64,000 bases of DNA. It comes from Syntrophales bacterium. Its GTDB lineage: Bacteria > Desulfobacterota > Syntrophia > Syntrophales > UBA6807. The stretch spans positions 961,759-1,025,758 of the forward strand of contig JAXGPA010000001.1 in assembly GCA_040767195.1 (NCBI GenBank), read 5' to 3'. The notes beneath the pieces were generated by a model. The model was not told where the DNA came from. It made no database searches and saw only the letters and a list, made by a program, of their open reading frames with translations. Position 1 is the first letter of the stretch, and each line of letters begins with the position of its first letter. Shown in pieces: positions 9,601-19,988 of the stretch. Made by a program: the position numbers and the translations under genes.

Positions 9601-10560
9601 TCACGCGCCTCGGGCTTTTCGGATCTCCTCGATCAGGTCCGGAACGACCCGGTACAGGTCACCGACGATCCCCAGATCGGCCACCTGGAAAATGGGCGCG
9701 TTCTCGTCCTTGTTCACGGCAGCGATGAGCCCGGCGTCCCGGATTCCCGTGATGTGCTGAATCTGGCCGGAGATGCCCAGTCCGATGTAGAGCTGCGGTT
9801 TGACCGATATGCCGGAGAGCCCGATGCACAGTTCGTCGGGAAGCCAGTGGTATTCTTCCGAAAGGGGGCGTGTGCAGGCGATCTCCCCTCCCAGGGCCTC
9901 CGCGAGAGACCGGGCAATTTCGAGATCTTCCTGTTTCGCGAAGCCTCTCCCGGCGGCGACGATGATTCGGGCGTCACGAATGTCCCGGGCCGAACGCTCC
10001 CGCTTTTTTCGTTCCACGATCCTGACCCGGGAAGGCGGCGGCTCGGGTAGGTGCCGGAAGGCGCCTTCCCCGGTCTCTTTTGCCGGCGCCGGCCCGTAGG
10101 TTCGGGGAGGGATGGTGGCCATGGCGGGCCGGGCCGTAAAAGCGATTTTCTGCACAGCCGCCCCCCCGTAGGCCAGGCGCTCACATTCGAATGCCTCCGA
10201 TTCGGGGTTCCATGAAACGGCCGTACAGTCACTGCAAAGGCCCGTGTTCAGGCAGGACGCGATCCGGGCAGCCATCTCCCGGCCCCGCGTGGTGGCGGGA
10301 AACAGGACAAGATCCGGCGAAAGGCGGGCCGCCTCGCCGGCGATGACCGGCACATAACCCTCCAGGGGCTGATCCCCCGCTATTTCCGGCAGGATCATGA
10401 TTTCGTCGGCTCCACGAGACAGGTACTCTTTGCCGAGGGATTCATCCCCCCGCAGGATTACGGAAACGGTTTGTCCCGAGGCTTCTGCCAGGGAGGTCCC
10501 GGCAGTGAGGAGTTCCAGGGTTCGTTCACGGGTTTCGCCGAATATCCAGATTCCTGCCAT
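9601..10560 (-). CDS. etfA: Electron transfer flavoprotein alpha subunit (FixB/EtfA)
   Basis: VAAGRG, IGLSG..VKPQLYIGLGISGQIQHITGI, AVNKDENAPIF; GGAGG SD. Confidence 0.93.
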   Translation of the reverse strand: MAGIWIFGETRERTLELLTAGTSLAEASGQTVSVILRGDESLGKEYLSRGADEIMILPEIAGDQPLEGYVPVIAGEAARLSPDLVLFPATTRGREMAARIASCLNTGLCSDCTAVSWNPESEAFECERLAYGGAAVQKIAFTARPAMATIPPRTYGPAPAKETGEGAFRHLPEPPPSRVRIVERKKRERSARDIRDARIIVAAGRGFAKQEDLEIARSLAEALGGEIACTRPLSEEYHWLPDELCIGLSGISVKPQLYIGLGISGQIQHITGIRDAGLIAAVNKDENAPIFQVADLGIVGDLYRVVPDLIEEIRKARGA

Positions 10561-10570
10561 GATTTCCTCC

Positions 10571-11335
10571 TTATTCCAGAACGCCTTTCCGGACAAGCGC
10601 GTCGACGAACGCGGCCACATCGTCCCTCTCCGCCGTGAAGCGGACACCCTGTCTTTTCAGGCTTGCCGTTTTCATGGAAAGGGTTTTCATGGTGTCTCCA
10701 GGAAGGGACGGAAGGTCGTCCATGCCGATCACGGTCGTTTCTTTTTTGGAGGCCATGAGCGTGTCCCTGACGCCGGGGATCCGGGGCGTGTTGATGTCCG
10801 GGAGAACGGTCACCAGGGCCGGCAGGACTGTCTCGGCCACGTCCACTCCCTCTTCCGTCCGCCGTTCCGCCACCAGTCGGTTTCCTTCGATGGAAATTTT
10901 CTGGACCCCTGTAAGGCAGGGAATGCCAAGTATTTCCGCGAGGCGTGGACCCACCTGTCTCGCGTAGAGGTCACTCGATCCCTCTCCGCAAAGGATGAGG
11001 TCGAAAGGAATCCGGTCTCGGATAACCTCAGCCATGATGGCCGCCGTTTGAGACGGTTCCAGGTCACGGAACGCCGGGTCCCGGATGAAAAAGGCCTTGT
11101 CCGGCCCCCGGGAGAGGGCATCCTTTATCCCCTTGCCCGCTTCCGGAACGCCTACCGTGACGGCGGTCACAACGCCCCCGGACCTTTCCCTGACGGCGAC
11201 GGCTTCCTCCAGGGCATTTTTATCATAGTCGCTGATTTTGTAATCGACGGACGAAAGATCGAGGTCACCGGACGCTCCCGACCGGACATAGGCTTCATCG
11301 ACAACCCACTTGAAACAGGCGATCATGTTCGGCAT
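10571..11335 (-). CDS. etfB: Electron transfer flavoprotein beta subunit (FixA/YdiQ-like)
   Basis: ISDYDKNALEEA, LCGEGSSDLYARQVGP, INTPRIP. Confidence 0.93.
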   Translation of the reverse strand: MPNMIACFKWVVDEAYVRSGASGDLDLSSVDYKISDYDKNALEEAVAVRERSGGVVTAVTVGVPEAGKGIKDALSRGPDKAFFIRDPAFRDLEPSQTAAIMAEVIRDRIPFDLILCGEGSSDLYARQVGPRLAEILGIPCLTGVQKISIEGNRLVAERRTEEGVDVAETVLPALVTVLPDINTPRIPGVRDTLMASKKETTVIGMDDLPSLPGDTMKTLSMKTASLKRQGVRFTAERDDVAAFVDALVRKGVLE

Positions 11336-11374
11336 GGGACACCTCGCTGAAATAAGGGATCAGAGTGTAAACGA

Positions 11375-11419
11375 ACGGTCAGGCCCGGCGGTTCACGCGG
11401 TGAAACCGGGCCTGACCGT
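11375..11419. other. Intra-operon stem-loop
   Basis: 14-bp perfect inverted repeat ACGGTCAGGCCCGG/CCGGGCCTGACCGT between the acyl-CoA dehydrogenase gene and etfB. Confidence 0.7.
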
Positions 11420-11432
11420 AAGATTCCGGCGC

Positions 11433-12572
<1,140 letters not shown>

Positions 12573-12609
12573 GTTCACCCTCCTTAGGCATATGACATTT
12601 AGACCGCTT

Positions 12610-12894
12610 TTAACCGAACCGGAACTGAACGCCCGTTCCTCCCTCGGGGTAATTCCATTCAAGAACCTCCGTCCCGCAGGCGATGCGGCAGGTTCCGCAT
12701 TCCAGGCAGCCGTCGATGGTCAGCGTGACGGCTCCCTCCTCGTTTTGGGCATACAGGCCGGCGGGACAGACGATCACCGCTTTTTTCAAGCGGGGATCCT
12801 TTTCCATCCCGGCCCGTATCCGGATGTGGGGTTCCCCGCCGGGCTTGAAGACATCAAGTCCCAGCTTGGCTTTCAGTTTTCCTTCGTCGCTCAT
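12610..12894 (-). CDS. fixX: FixX-like ferredoxin
   Basis: VCPAGLY, GCLECGTCRIAC, WNYPEGGTGVQFRFG. Confidence 0.92.
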   Translation of the reverse strand: MSDEGKLKAKLGLDVFKPGGEPHIRIRAGMEKDPRLKKAVIVCPAGLYAQNEEGAVTLTIDGCLECGTCRIACGTEVLEWNYPEGGTGVQFRFG

Positions 12895-12956
12895 GCTTGA
12901 CCCGTGTTCAAATGGTCTGAAAAGGGTAACTGTTTCGATGTCTTTTTACGGAGGTG

Positions 12957-14243
12957 TCATAATTTCGTCAACGACTTCAAATCTTTCGCTAGCTGCCACC
13001 AGTCCGAAAAAGGTAGGTGCCTTTTCAGCGTGCGGAAAAGTTTCTCTTTCGGGCCGGCGGGCACACCGTAGAGGTCCCGGAAAAGGGCCCCCGCCCACTC
13101 CGGATAGTAACCAAAAAACCTCTTGTTTTCAAGAATTTCGGGGGCATGTTTGAAATTTTCGAAATCTTTCAGGACGAAGCTCTCTTCCAGAAGACGCCGG
13201 TAGAGGGCGAGATGCTCGGCCGAAAAAGACCCCGCCTCCCGGGCCTTCAGGATGGTCCGGGCGGCCAGGGCCCCCGAGGCCATGGCGTATTCCATTCCCC
13301 GAACGGTGAGGCCCAGGTTCAGCGCCAGGCCGGCGGCGTCGCCGGCGATGAGAATCCCGTCCCCGTAAAAGGGGCCCAGCCCGCCGTACCCCCTCTCGGC
13401 GATGACGTGGGCCGAGTATTCCATTGTTTCGCCACCCCGGAAAAGACGTGCCACTTCAGGCCTCTTCTTGAAGTCGTCGAGAAAATCGGGCGCTTCCACC
13501 GGTGGGCCTTCTTTCATGAGGTCCCGGATGCCAAGGACGACGCCCAGGCTCAGGCTTTCCCGGTTCGTGTAAACGAACCCGCCGCCGAAGCGGCCTTTCG
13601 TCGCCTCTCCGACAAACAGGTGAGCCGCGCCTTCCCCCGGGTCGAGATTGAAGCGGTCTTCGATCTTCTCGGGGAGCAGGGCGATGACTTCCTTGAGTCC
13701 CACCGCATACCCGCCGGCCTGCCCGGGCGTCCTGAGCCCCGCCTTTTCCGGGATCAGGGAAAGAACACCGTCACAGGCGACGACGACATCCGCCCGAAGG
13801 GGGTCTCCTCCGGCGACGACGCCCGTGACGGCGCCGTTTTCCCGCAAAACGTCGGAGACCAGGGTTTTGGTCAAGAGCATGGCTCCGGCGGCCTCGACCT
13901 GTTCCGCCAGCCAGCGGTCGAACCTCGAACGGAGAATGGTGAAGCTTGACGGGGGTTTTTCGATGAGTTCACGACCCTCGTAGGTAGACGTCAGGGAGCG
14001 CTCCCGGGCAAGAAGGGTGGTTCCTTCTCGGACAACAGGGCGCTCGAGGGGGGCTTTTTCAAACAAGTCCGGGAAGATATCCCGGATCGGATTGAGATAG
14101 ATGCGGCCGCCGGTAACGTTTTTGGCGCCGGCGTAATCCCCCCTCTCCAGGACAAGAACCTCCACGCCGCCGCGGGCGAGCAGATACGCGCAGGACAGGC
14201 CGGCGAGCCCGCCGCCGACAACGATGACTTCAAACTTTTCCAC
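12957..14243 (-). CDS. fixC: FixC-like FAD-dependent ETF:quinone oxidoreductase
   Basis: GGGLAG, ERGDYAGAKNVTGGRIY, GGGFVYTNRESLSLG, GDAAG...RGMEYAMASG. Confidence 0.92.
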   Translation of the reverse strand: MEKFEVIVVGGGLAGLSCAYLLARGGVEVLVLERGDYAGAKNVTGGRIYLNPIRDIFPDLFEKAPLERPVVREGTTLLARERSLTSTYEGRELIEKPPSSFTILRSRFDRWLAEQVEAAGAMLLTKTLVSDVLRENGAVTGVVAGGDPLRADVVVACDGVLSLIPEKAGLRTPGQAGGYAVGLKEVIALLPEKIEDRFNLDPGEGAAHLFVGEATKGRFGGGFVYTNRESLSLGVVLGIRDLMKEGPPVEAPDFLDDFKKRPEVARLFRGGETMEYSAHVIAERGYGGLGPFYGDGILIAGDAAGLALNLGLTVRGMEYAMASGALAARTILKAREAGSFSAEHLALYRRLLEESFVLKDFENFKHAPEILENKRFFGYYPEWAGALFRDLYGVPAGPKEKLFRTLKRHLPFSDWWQLAKDLKSLTKL

Positions 14244-14711
14244 GGTGATTCCCTCCCCTCTCCCCGTGGCTTGATTGCGGGCACTTTGCGATACCTTCCC
14301 CCAGGAAAGGGGGTTCTGTCAAGGAAAAACCATGCCCGGGCATGACCGGAAGGCCGTCCGGCGGGGCTGGCGTCACGCCAGCTTTGAGCACTGTCATCGG
14401 AACCGGATCGTGACCCCCGTAATCGATTCGGAGAGCCTTCGAGGCAGAAAAAAACAGCATGGCATTCAACCGGAAATATTGTTATACTGACTTCAAAGAT
14501 GCTTGAGGCTGCTGATGAAACGATGCCCTGCCTCTTTTTCACGTCACCCGCTCAGGAATTATCACGGACCGATATGACGAACTGATATCTGGTCTCCATC
14601 CCGTTTTTCTACGGCTTTTCTCCGCGAGGTCTTTTCCTTTACGTGGCCCATGAACGCCCGCTCGTCTCTGCCGGGCAGGCATTCTTGAAGGGAGAGGAGG
14701 ACGATGATCCC

Positions 14712-15434
14712 ATGAAGAAGATAACGAACGCCGTGGGCATGCTCTTTGTCCTGATACCTTCGGGGATCTTCGTCATGGGGAGCCCGCGAGGCGAAAAAAA
14801 AAGGTATGACGACGAAACGCAGCACCGGGTGACTCTCACAGAGCCTTTTTACATGCAGGTAACGGTCGTCACCCAGGGACAGTGGAAAGCCGTCATGGGG
14901 AACAATCCTTCCTTCTATGACGGCTGTGGTGACCGTTTCCCGGTGGAACAGGTTTCCTGGGATGACTGCCAGGCTTTCATAGAGGTGCTGAACCAGCGGG
15001 AGGGCGCGTCGAAATACCGCCTTCCCACGGAGGCGGAGTGGGAGTACGCCTGCCGGGCGGGAACAGGGACGCCGTTCAATACGGGGAAGTGCCTTTCCAC
15101 CGATCAGGCGAACTACAATGGAAATTATGCCTATCCGGGGTGTTCAAAAGGAAAATTCAGGCACATAACCACGTCTGTGGGCTCTTTTCCGCCCAATGCG
15201 TGGGGTCTTTACGACATGCACGGAAATGTCTGGGAGTGGTGTTCCGACTGGTACGGCGAATATCCCGCCGGGCCCGCCACGGACCCCAGGGGACCGGAAA
15301 GCGGCACGATCCGCGTCCACCGGGGCGGCAGCTGGAATTACTGCGCCGAATGCTGCCGCTGTGCCTATCGTGTCAAGCGGGCGCCCGATTTCCGCATTGA
15401 CTTCTGTGGCTTTCGCCTGGTCATGGCGGCATGA
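14712..15434 (+). CDS. Formylglycine-generating enzyme (FGE/SUMF1) family domain protein
   Basis: F.MGSP, PVEQVSWDD, YRLPTEAEWEYACRAG, PNAWGLYDMHGNVWEWC, RGGSW, GFRL. Confidence 0.92.
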   Translation: MKKITNAVGMLFVLIPSGIFVMGSPRGEKKRYDDETQHRVTLTEPFYMQVTVVTQGQWKAVMGNNPSFYDGCGDRFPVEQVSWDDCQAFIEVLNQREGASKYRLPTEAEWEYACRAGTGTPFNTGKCLSTDQANYNGNYAYPGCSKGKFRHITTSVGSFPPNAWGLYDMHGNVWEWCSDWYGEYPAGPATDPRGPESGTIRVHRGGSWNYCAECCRCAYRVKRAPDFRIDFCGFRLVMAA

Positions 15435-15459
15435 TTCACCGGGACGTCCTGTCACCGTT

Positions 15460-15501
15460 GCATAAAAAAACGGCCGCTTTGAAGCGGCCGTTTTTTTATG
15501 C
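15460..15501. terminator. Bidirectional intrinsic terminator
   Basis: Perfect 20-bp inverted repeat GCATAAAAAAACGGCCGCTT-TG-AAGCGGCCGTTTTTTTATGC between convergent genes. Confidence 0.9.
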
Positions 15502-15519
15502 CCGTGTGAGCCGGTGTTT

Positions 15520-16830
15520 TTAAGCCCTTTTTGGCGGCTTGGACAGGGCGGTGAGAATAACGCCGGCGAGACAGGCGACGGCGGCGATGGTGAAGGGCGT
15601 GATCCAGATGGCCGGGTCGGGATTTCCCTTGGCGGCATCCTTGAAGAAGGCGGCGATCTGGGGGCCCACAACGCCGGCGACACCATAGGAAACAAAGATG
15701 TATCCGTAGTTGAGTCCCACGTTCTTGTTTCCGAAGTAGTCCGCCGTGGCCGCCGGGAAAAGGGCGAAGTTCCCGCCGAAATTGAAGCCGATGATGCAGG
15801 CGCCGGCGGTCAGGGTCGCCGGAACGCTCCCCATCTTGTAAAACATGAACATGATAATGCTCTGGAAGAGGCACATGAGGAGGATAGCCATTTTCCGGCC
15901 AATCTTGTCGGACACCGTCCCCCAGACGATCCTGCCGAGGCCGTTGAAGATGGCCAGGAAGGCCAGGGCCGTTCCCGTGACGGCCGAGGCCTCCGCCGCG
16001 CTGATTCCCACGGATTGAAGGATATCCATGCCGAAGAGCTTGATGTTTCCGATGACCATGAGGCCGGCGATGGCGGAAAAGTGAAAGGTGAACCACATCA
16101 TGTAGAACTGGGGGGTCCTTATCATTTCACCGGGGTTGAAATTGTCCATGCCGAGAGCGGAGGCGCCCGTCGCCGTGGGTTCCGGCGGCGTCCACCCTTC
16201 AGGAAGCCACCCCGCCGGGGGGTCGATCATGACGACGCTGCCGGCAAAAACGAGGAGAAAGAAAAGAATGCCATACAGGAAAAAGGTGCTCTGAACGCCG
16301 CCGAGACCGAAGAAGTTCAACGTTTCGAGGAGGTTGAACCAGGTACCCGCTGATTTGACCCAGATCATGGCGCCGAATCCGAATCCCGCCACGGCGAGCC
16401 CCGTCACCATGCCTTTCTTGTCGGGGAACCATTTGACACCTACGGCGATGGGCACGGCGTATCCCAGGCCGATCCCGAACCCGCCGATGATGCCGATGAA
16501 CAGCAGCTGGGCGAAGAAGGAACTTCCGAAGAGACCGCCCAGCATGTAACCGGCGCCGAGAACGACGGCGCTCGCCACGGCGAGCTTCCGGGGACCCGTT
16601 TTGCCCATGATCCTGCCGGAGAGAATGATGGTGAACGAAAAAACGAGAAGGCCGATGGAGAAGATCCAGTTCGCCTGGGAAGCGCTGAATCCATACATAC
16701 CCCCCTCGGCGATGGGTTTGATGAGTTTAGGTGTGAAGACCGACCAGGCGTAGATCGCACCGAGACAGAGCTGAATGAGAACAGCCCCGATGACAACGAG
16801 CCAACGATTCATTACCTTTTCTTGAGCCAT
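15520..16830 (-). CDS. OFA (oxalate/formate antiporter) family MFS transporter
   Basis: RWLV..A.LIQLCLGAIYAWSVF, KWFPDKKGMVTGLAVAGFGFG, NGLGRIVWG, FGGNFALFPA..ADYFG.KN.GLNYG. Confidence 0.9.
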   Translation of the reverse strand: MAQEKVMNRWLVVIGAVLIQLCLGAIYAWSVFTPKLIKPIAEGGMYGFSASQANWIFSIGLLVFSFTIILSGRIMGKTGPRKLAVASAVVLGAGYMLGGLFGSSFFAQLLFIGIIGGFGIGLGYAVPIAVGVKWFPDKKGMVTGLAVAGFGFGAMIWVKSAGTWFNLLETLNFFGLGGVQSTFFLYGILFFLLVFAGSVVMIDPPAGWLPEGWTPPEPTATGASALGMDNFNPGEMIRTPQFYMMWFTFHFSAIAGLMVIGNIKLFGMDILQSVGISAAEASAVTGTALAFLAIFNGLGRIVWGTVSDKIGRKMAILLMCLFQSIIMFMFYKMGSVPATLTAGACIIGFNFGGNFALFPAATADYFGNKNVGLNYGYIFVSYGVAGVVGPQIAAFFKDAAKGNPDPAIWITPFTIAAVACLAGVILTALSKPPKRA

Positions 16831-16948
16831 GCTCCCTCCTAAATTAAGTTGTTCAAAAAACTCAATGATCCCGAATTTCCCGGGCGGGCAAAATTGCCCG
16901 TTTGAGTATTAAAAAAAAAGGGAATTGTCAATTGAAAAAAAAGGGGGG

Positions 16949-17524
16949 TCACGGCCCGGAAAGCGCCGCCAGGTCCGTTTCGGTATTGATGTTCATGAAC
17001 ATCCGGCCTTCAGGGTCGAAGGAGGCGATGACTTCCGGCGGTATCACGCAGGTCCGGGCCTTTCTGAAAAGAAGGGCGATCTTCAGGCGTTCCTCCCCGA
17101 TCATCCTTTCCATGGCCGGGATCAGCCGCCGGGCGTAGACGGCGTGGAGGGGCTGGAACCCGTCGGGAGAGCGCGGCACCACGATGTCTTTTTCCGGGGC
17201 CCGGGCCAACAAGAACCGTATGAACGATTCGTCCAGGTACGGCATGTCGCAGGCGGCGACGAAGCCGTGTTCGCAGGCGGCGTAAAGAAGTCCCGAATAA
17301 ATGCCCCCGAGAGACCCCTTCCCCTTGATCACATCCGTTACGATGCGGCAATCATAGGTGACATAGTCCAGGGGCGAGTTGGTGACGATGAGAATTTCCC
17401 GGAAGAGTTTCCGGTAAACCGCCAGGATGCGTTCAATGAGAGGTTTCCCGTCGATGACGAGAAAGGCCTTGTTTTTTCCACCCATGCGCCGGTTCTGGCC
17501 CCCGGCGAGAATGATCCCCGTCAT
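16949..17524 (-). CDS. mobA: Molybdenum cofactor guanylyltransferase
   Basis: IILAGGQNRRMG..KA, G.LGGIYSGL, ACDMP, QPLHAVY, FMNINT. Confidence 0.9.
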   Translation of the reverse strand: MTGIILAGGQNRRMGGKNKAFLVIDGKPLIERILAVYRKLFREILIVTNSPLDYVTYDCRIVTDVIKGKGSLGGIYSGLLYAACEHGFVAACDMPYLDESFIRFLLARAPEKDIVVPRSPDGFQPLHAVYARRLIPAMERMIGEERLKIALLFRKARTCVIPPEVIASFDPEGRMFMNINTETDLAALSGP

Positions 17525-18708
17525 GTCCGCTCCTCGTCGAAGTGAACGGTGCATCGTTTCAGGACGTCCAGGATAACGTCCTTCGTGTATTCTTCCAGTT
17601 GCCAGACCTCGGCGAGGGCGAGGGCGTGCTCCGCGATGTCGTCCACGCTTCCCTCGGGGATGCCGCCCTCCTGCAGGGTGACGGGGGCCCCGATCATCTG
17701 GAACCAGGCCTTGAGGAACCGGCCGCCCCGGCGTGCGGCCGTCCGGTCGTCCCGATCCTCGACGCCGAAGATTTCCCGGCCGAAACGGGCAAGTTTTCGA
17801 GGGTCCCGGGTGCTTTGAAAAGACATCCAGGCGGGAAGAAGGATGGAAAGGCCGGCTCCGTGGGGAAGATCGTAAAGGGCGCTCAGGGAGTGCTCGATCA
17901 TGTGAACGGGAAGGGTCACCCGGCCCCGGCCCGCCGTGGTGAGACCGTTGAAGGCCAGGACGGCGGACCACATCATGGCGGCCCGGGCCTCGTAGTTCCG
18001 GGGTTCCCGAAGGATGACCTCGGTATTTTCCATGATCGTCCGGATGAGCGCCTCGACGAGGCGGTCCTGAAGGGTGCTTTCCGTTGCCGTATGATTGAAA
18101 TATCCCTCCAGGGCGTGGGTAATGGCGTCCACGGCGCTGTATGCGCTGTAGGCGGGATTAAGGGAAAAAAGGACGGAGGGGTCGAGAATGGATGTCCGGG
18201 GGTTGAGAAGGGGGGAGCGGGCGCTGAACTTGCGGGCCCCCTCTTCTTTCGTGATGACCGCCGCCCCGTTCATTTCGGAGGCGCTTGCTGAAACGGTGGG
18301 CACGGTAAACACGGGAAGGGCCCGTTTCACCGTTTTCCGAAAGAGAAAGAAATCCCACACGTCATGCTCCGCGGGGACCCCGGCGGCGATGGCCTTCGCC
18401 GTGTCCATGACGCTTCCGCCTCCCACGGCGAGAAGGACGTCCACCTTTTCCCGACGGGCCGCGTCGATCCCCTCGTAAACCCGTGAGAGCACCGGGTTGG
18501 ACCGGACACCGGGAAGCTCCACCCGGTGGATGCCCCGTCCTTCGAGGGCCCGAACGACCTGATCGTAGATCCCGTTTTCCCGGATGCTGCCCTGGCCGTA
18601 GACAAAGAGGGCCCGTTTCCCGACAGGCTCGATTTCCCGCCCCAGTTCGGCGATTTTACCGCGGCCGAAAATGATCTTCGTGGGGTTGTGAAACATGAAG
18701 TCTTCCAT
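17521..18708 (-). CDS. Iron-containing alcohol dehydrogenase (butanol dehydrogenase-like)
   Basis: F.FHNPTKIIFG, AVGGGSVMDTAKAIA, DAITHALEGY, HMIEHSLSA.YD..HGAGL. Confidence 0.93.
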   Translation of the reverse strand: MEDFMFHNPTKIIFGRGKIAELGREIEPVGKRALFVYGQGSIRENGIYDQVVRALEGRGIHRVELPGVRSNPVLSRVYEGIDAARREKVDVLLAVGGGSVMDTAKAIAAGVPAEHDVWDFFLFRKTVKRALPVFTVPTVSASASEMNGAAVITKEEGARKFSARSPLLNPRTSILDPSVLFSLNPAYSAYSAVDAITHALEGYFNHTATESTLQDRLVEALIRTIMENTEVILREPRNYEARAAMMWSAVLAFNGLTTAGRGRVTLPVHMIEHSLSALYDLPHGAGLSILLPAWMSFQSTRDPRKLARFGREIFGVEDRDDRTAARRGGRFLKAWFQMIGAPVTLQEGGIPEGSVDDIAEHALALAEVWQLEEYTKDVILDVLKRCTVHFDEERT

Positions 18709-18916
18709 GGCGGTTCCTTCCCCTTGTGCCCTCTTTGTCAGTCTTTCCATGGGGAGGCAAACGGTTTTCCGACCGGGACACCGGTTCACGATCTTCTCCC
18801 CCTATATCGGAGACCCTTCCGTCCTGTCAAGGAATCCCTGGCTTTCCGTTTCCTTTGACATTAGCCGTTTCCCTGTAGTATGACAAATCCACCTGTCTCA
18901 ATGTTTTCGAGGTTAC

Positions 18917-19660
18917 ATGGTGACCACTGCAACGGGCGACCCCTCCCTCCAGGACCCTCTTCCCAGGATCCTCGAAGACGGGGTCCGGGCGGCCTGGCCC
19001 ATCTGCCTGGGTTATCTTCCCATCGGTCTCGCTTTCGGCGTCATCGCCCAGAAGGGCGGCCTGTCCCCTTTTGAAATCGGTCTCATGTCCCTTCTCGTTT
19101 TTGCCGGAAGTTCCCAGTTCATCGCCCTTTCCATGATGGGGTCGGGCGCCGGTCTTCCCGCCATCGTCATGACCACGTTTCTGGTGAATTTTCGCCACTT
19201 CCTGATGAGTTCGACCCTGGCCGTCCGGCTTCGGGGCATTCCGCAGAAATGGATTTCCCTTTATGCCTACGGCATCACGGACGAAAGCTTTGCCCTCAAC
19301 CTGACGCGCTTTCAGGAGGGACCCTGGGACTGGAAACGGGCTTTCGTGGTGAACCAGACGGCCAATGTCGCCTGGATCGGGAGCACCGTGCTGGGCGGGG
19401 CGGGAGGAACCTTCCTGCCCGCGGGGGCTTTCGGCATGGATTTCGCCCTTCCGGCCATGTTTCTCTGTCTTCTGGTATTTCAGCTCAAGGGGGCTTTCCA
19501 CGGGTCCGCCGCCCTGTTCGCCGGGGGATCGGCCGTGGTTCTATCCCTTCTCTTCGAGGGGAACGGGCACATCGTCGCCGCTTCGCTCCTGGGGGCGACG
19601 GCGGGCCTCTTCCTGAAAAAGGCCTTTTCCCGGGGAAGAGGGAAAGAAGAAAGACAATGA
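18917..19660 (+). CDS. azlC: AzlC family branched-chain amino acid exporter
   Basis: PICLGYLPIGLAFG, MSLLVFAGSSQF, VNFRHFLMS, ITDESF, DFALPAMF. Confidence 0.92.
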   Translation: MVTTATGDPSLQDPLPRILEDGVRAAWPICLGYLPIGLAFGVIAQKGGLSPFEIGLMSLLVFAGSSQFIALSMMGSGAGLPAIVMTTFLVNFRHFLMSSTLAVRLRGIPQKWISLYAYGITDESFALNLTRFQEGPWDWKRAFVVNQTANVAWIGSTVLGGAGGTFLPAGAFGMDFALPAMFLCLLVFQLKGAFHGSAALFAGGSAVVLSLLFEGNGHIVAASLLGATAGLFLKKAFSRGRGKEERQ

Positions 19661-19983
19661 CGGACCACCTTCTTCTTTTCGCGGCCATGGGGGTGGTGAC
19701 CTACCTGCCCCGCTGGATTCCCCTGTATCTCCTCGCGGGCCGCCATCTCCCCGGGATCTGGGTCGAGTGGCTCGAACTCATTCCCCCGGCCATTCTCAGC
19801 GCCCTCATCGCCCCCGCCCTTTTGACCGCCGGGAGTCCCAGGCATTTCGATTTCCTGACGCCCGAGTTCCTGGTGGCCCTTCCCACCTTCGCCGTCGCCT
19901 GGAAAACCCGATCCCTGGCGGTGACCGTTCTGACGGGCATGTTTCTTTACTGGCTCGCGGGACTGTATCTCTGCCAGGGTTGA
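19657..19983 (+). CDS. azlD: AzlD family protein
   Basis: MGVVTYLPRWIP...IPPAILSALIAP; ATGA overlap with azlC. Confidence 0.88.
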   Translation: MTDHLLLFAAMGVVTYLPRWIPLYLLAGRHLPGIWVEWLELIPPAILSALIAPALLTAGSPRHFDFLTPEFLVALPTFAVAWKTRSLAVTVLTGMFLYWLAGLYLCQG

Positions 19984-19988
19984 CGGCC

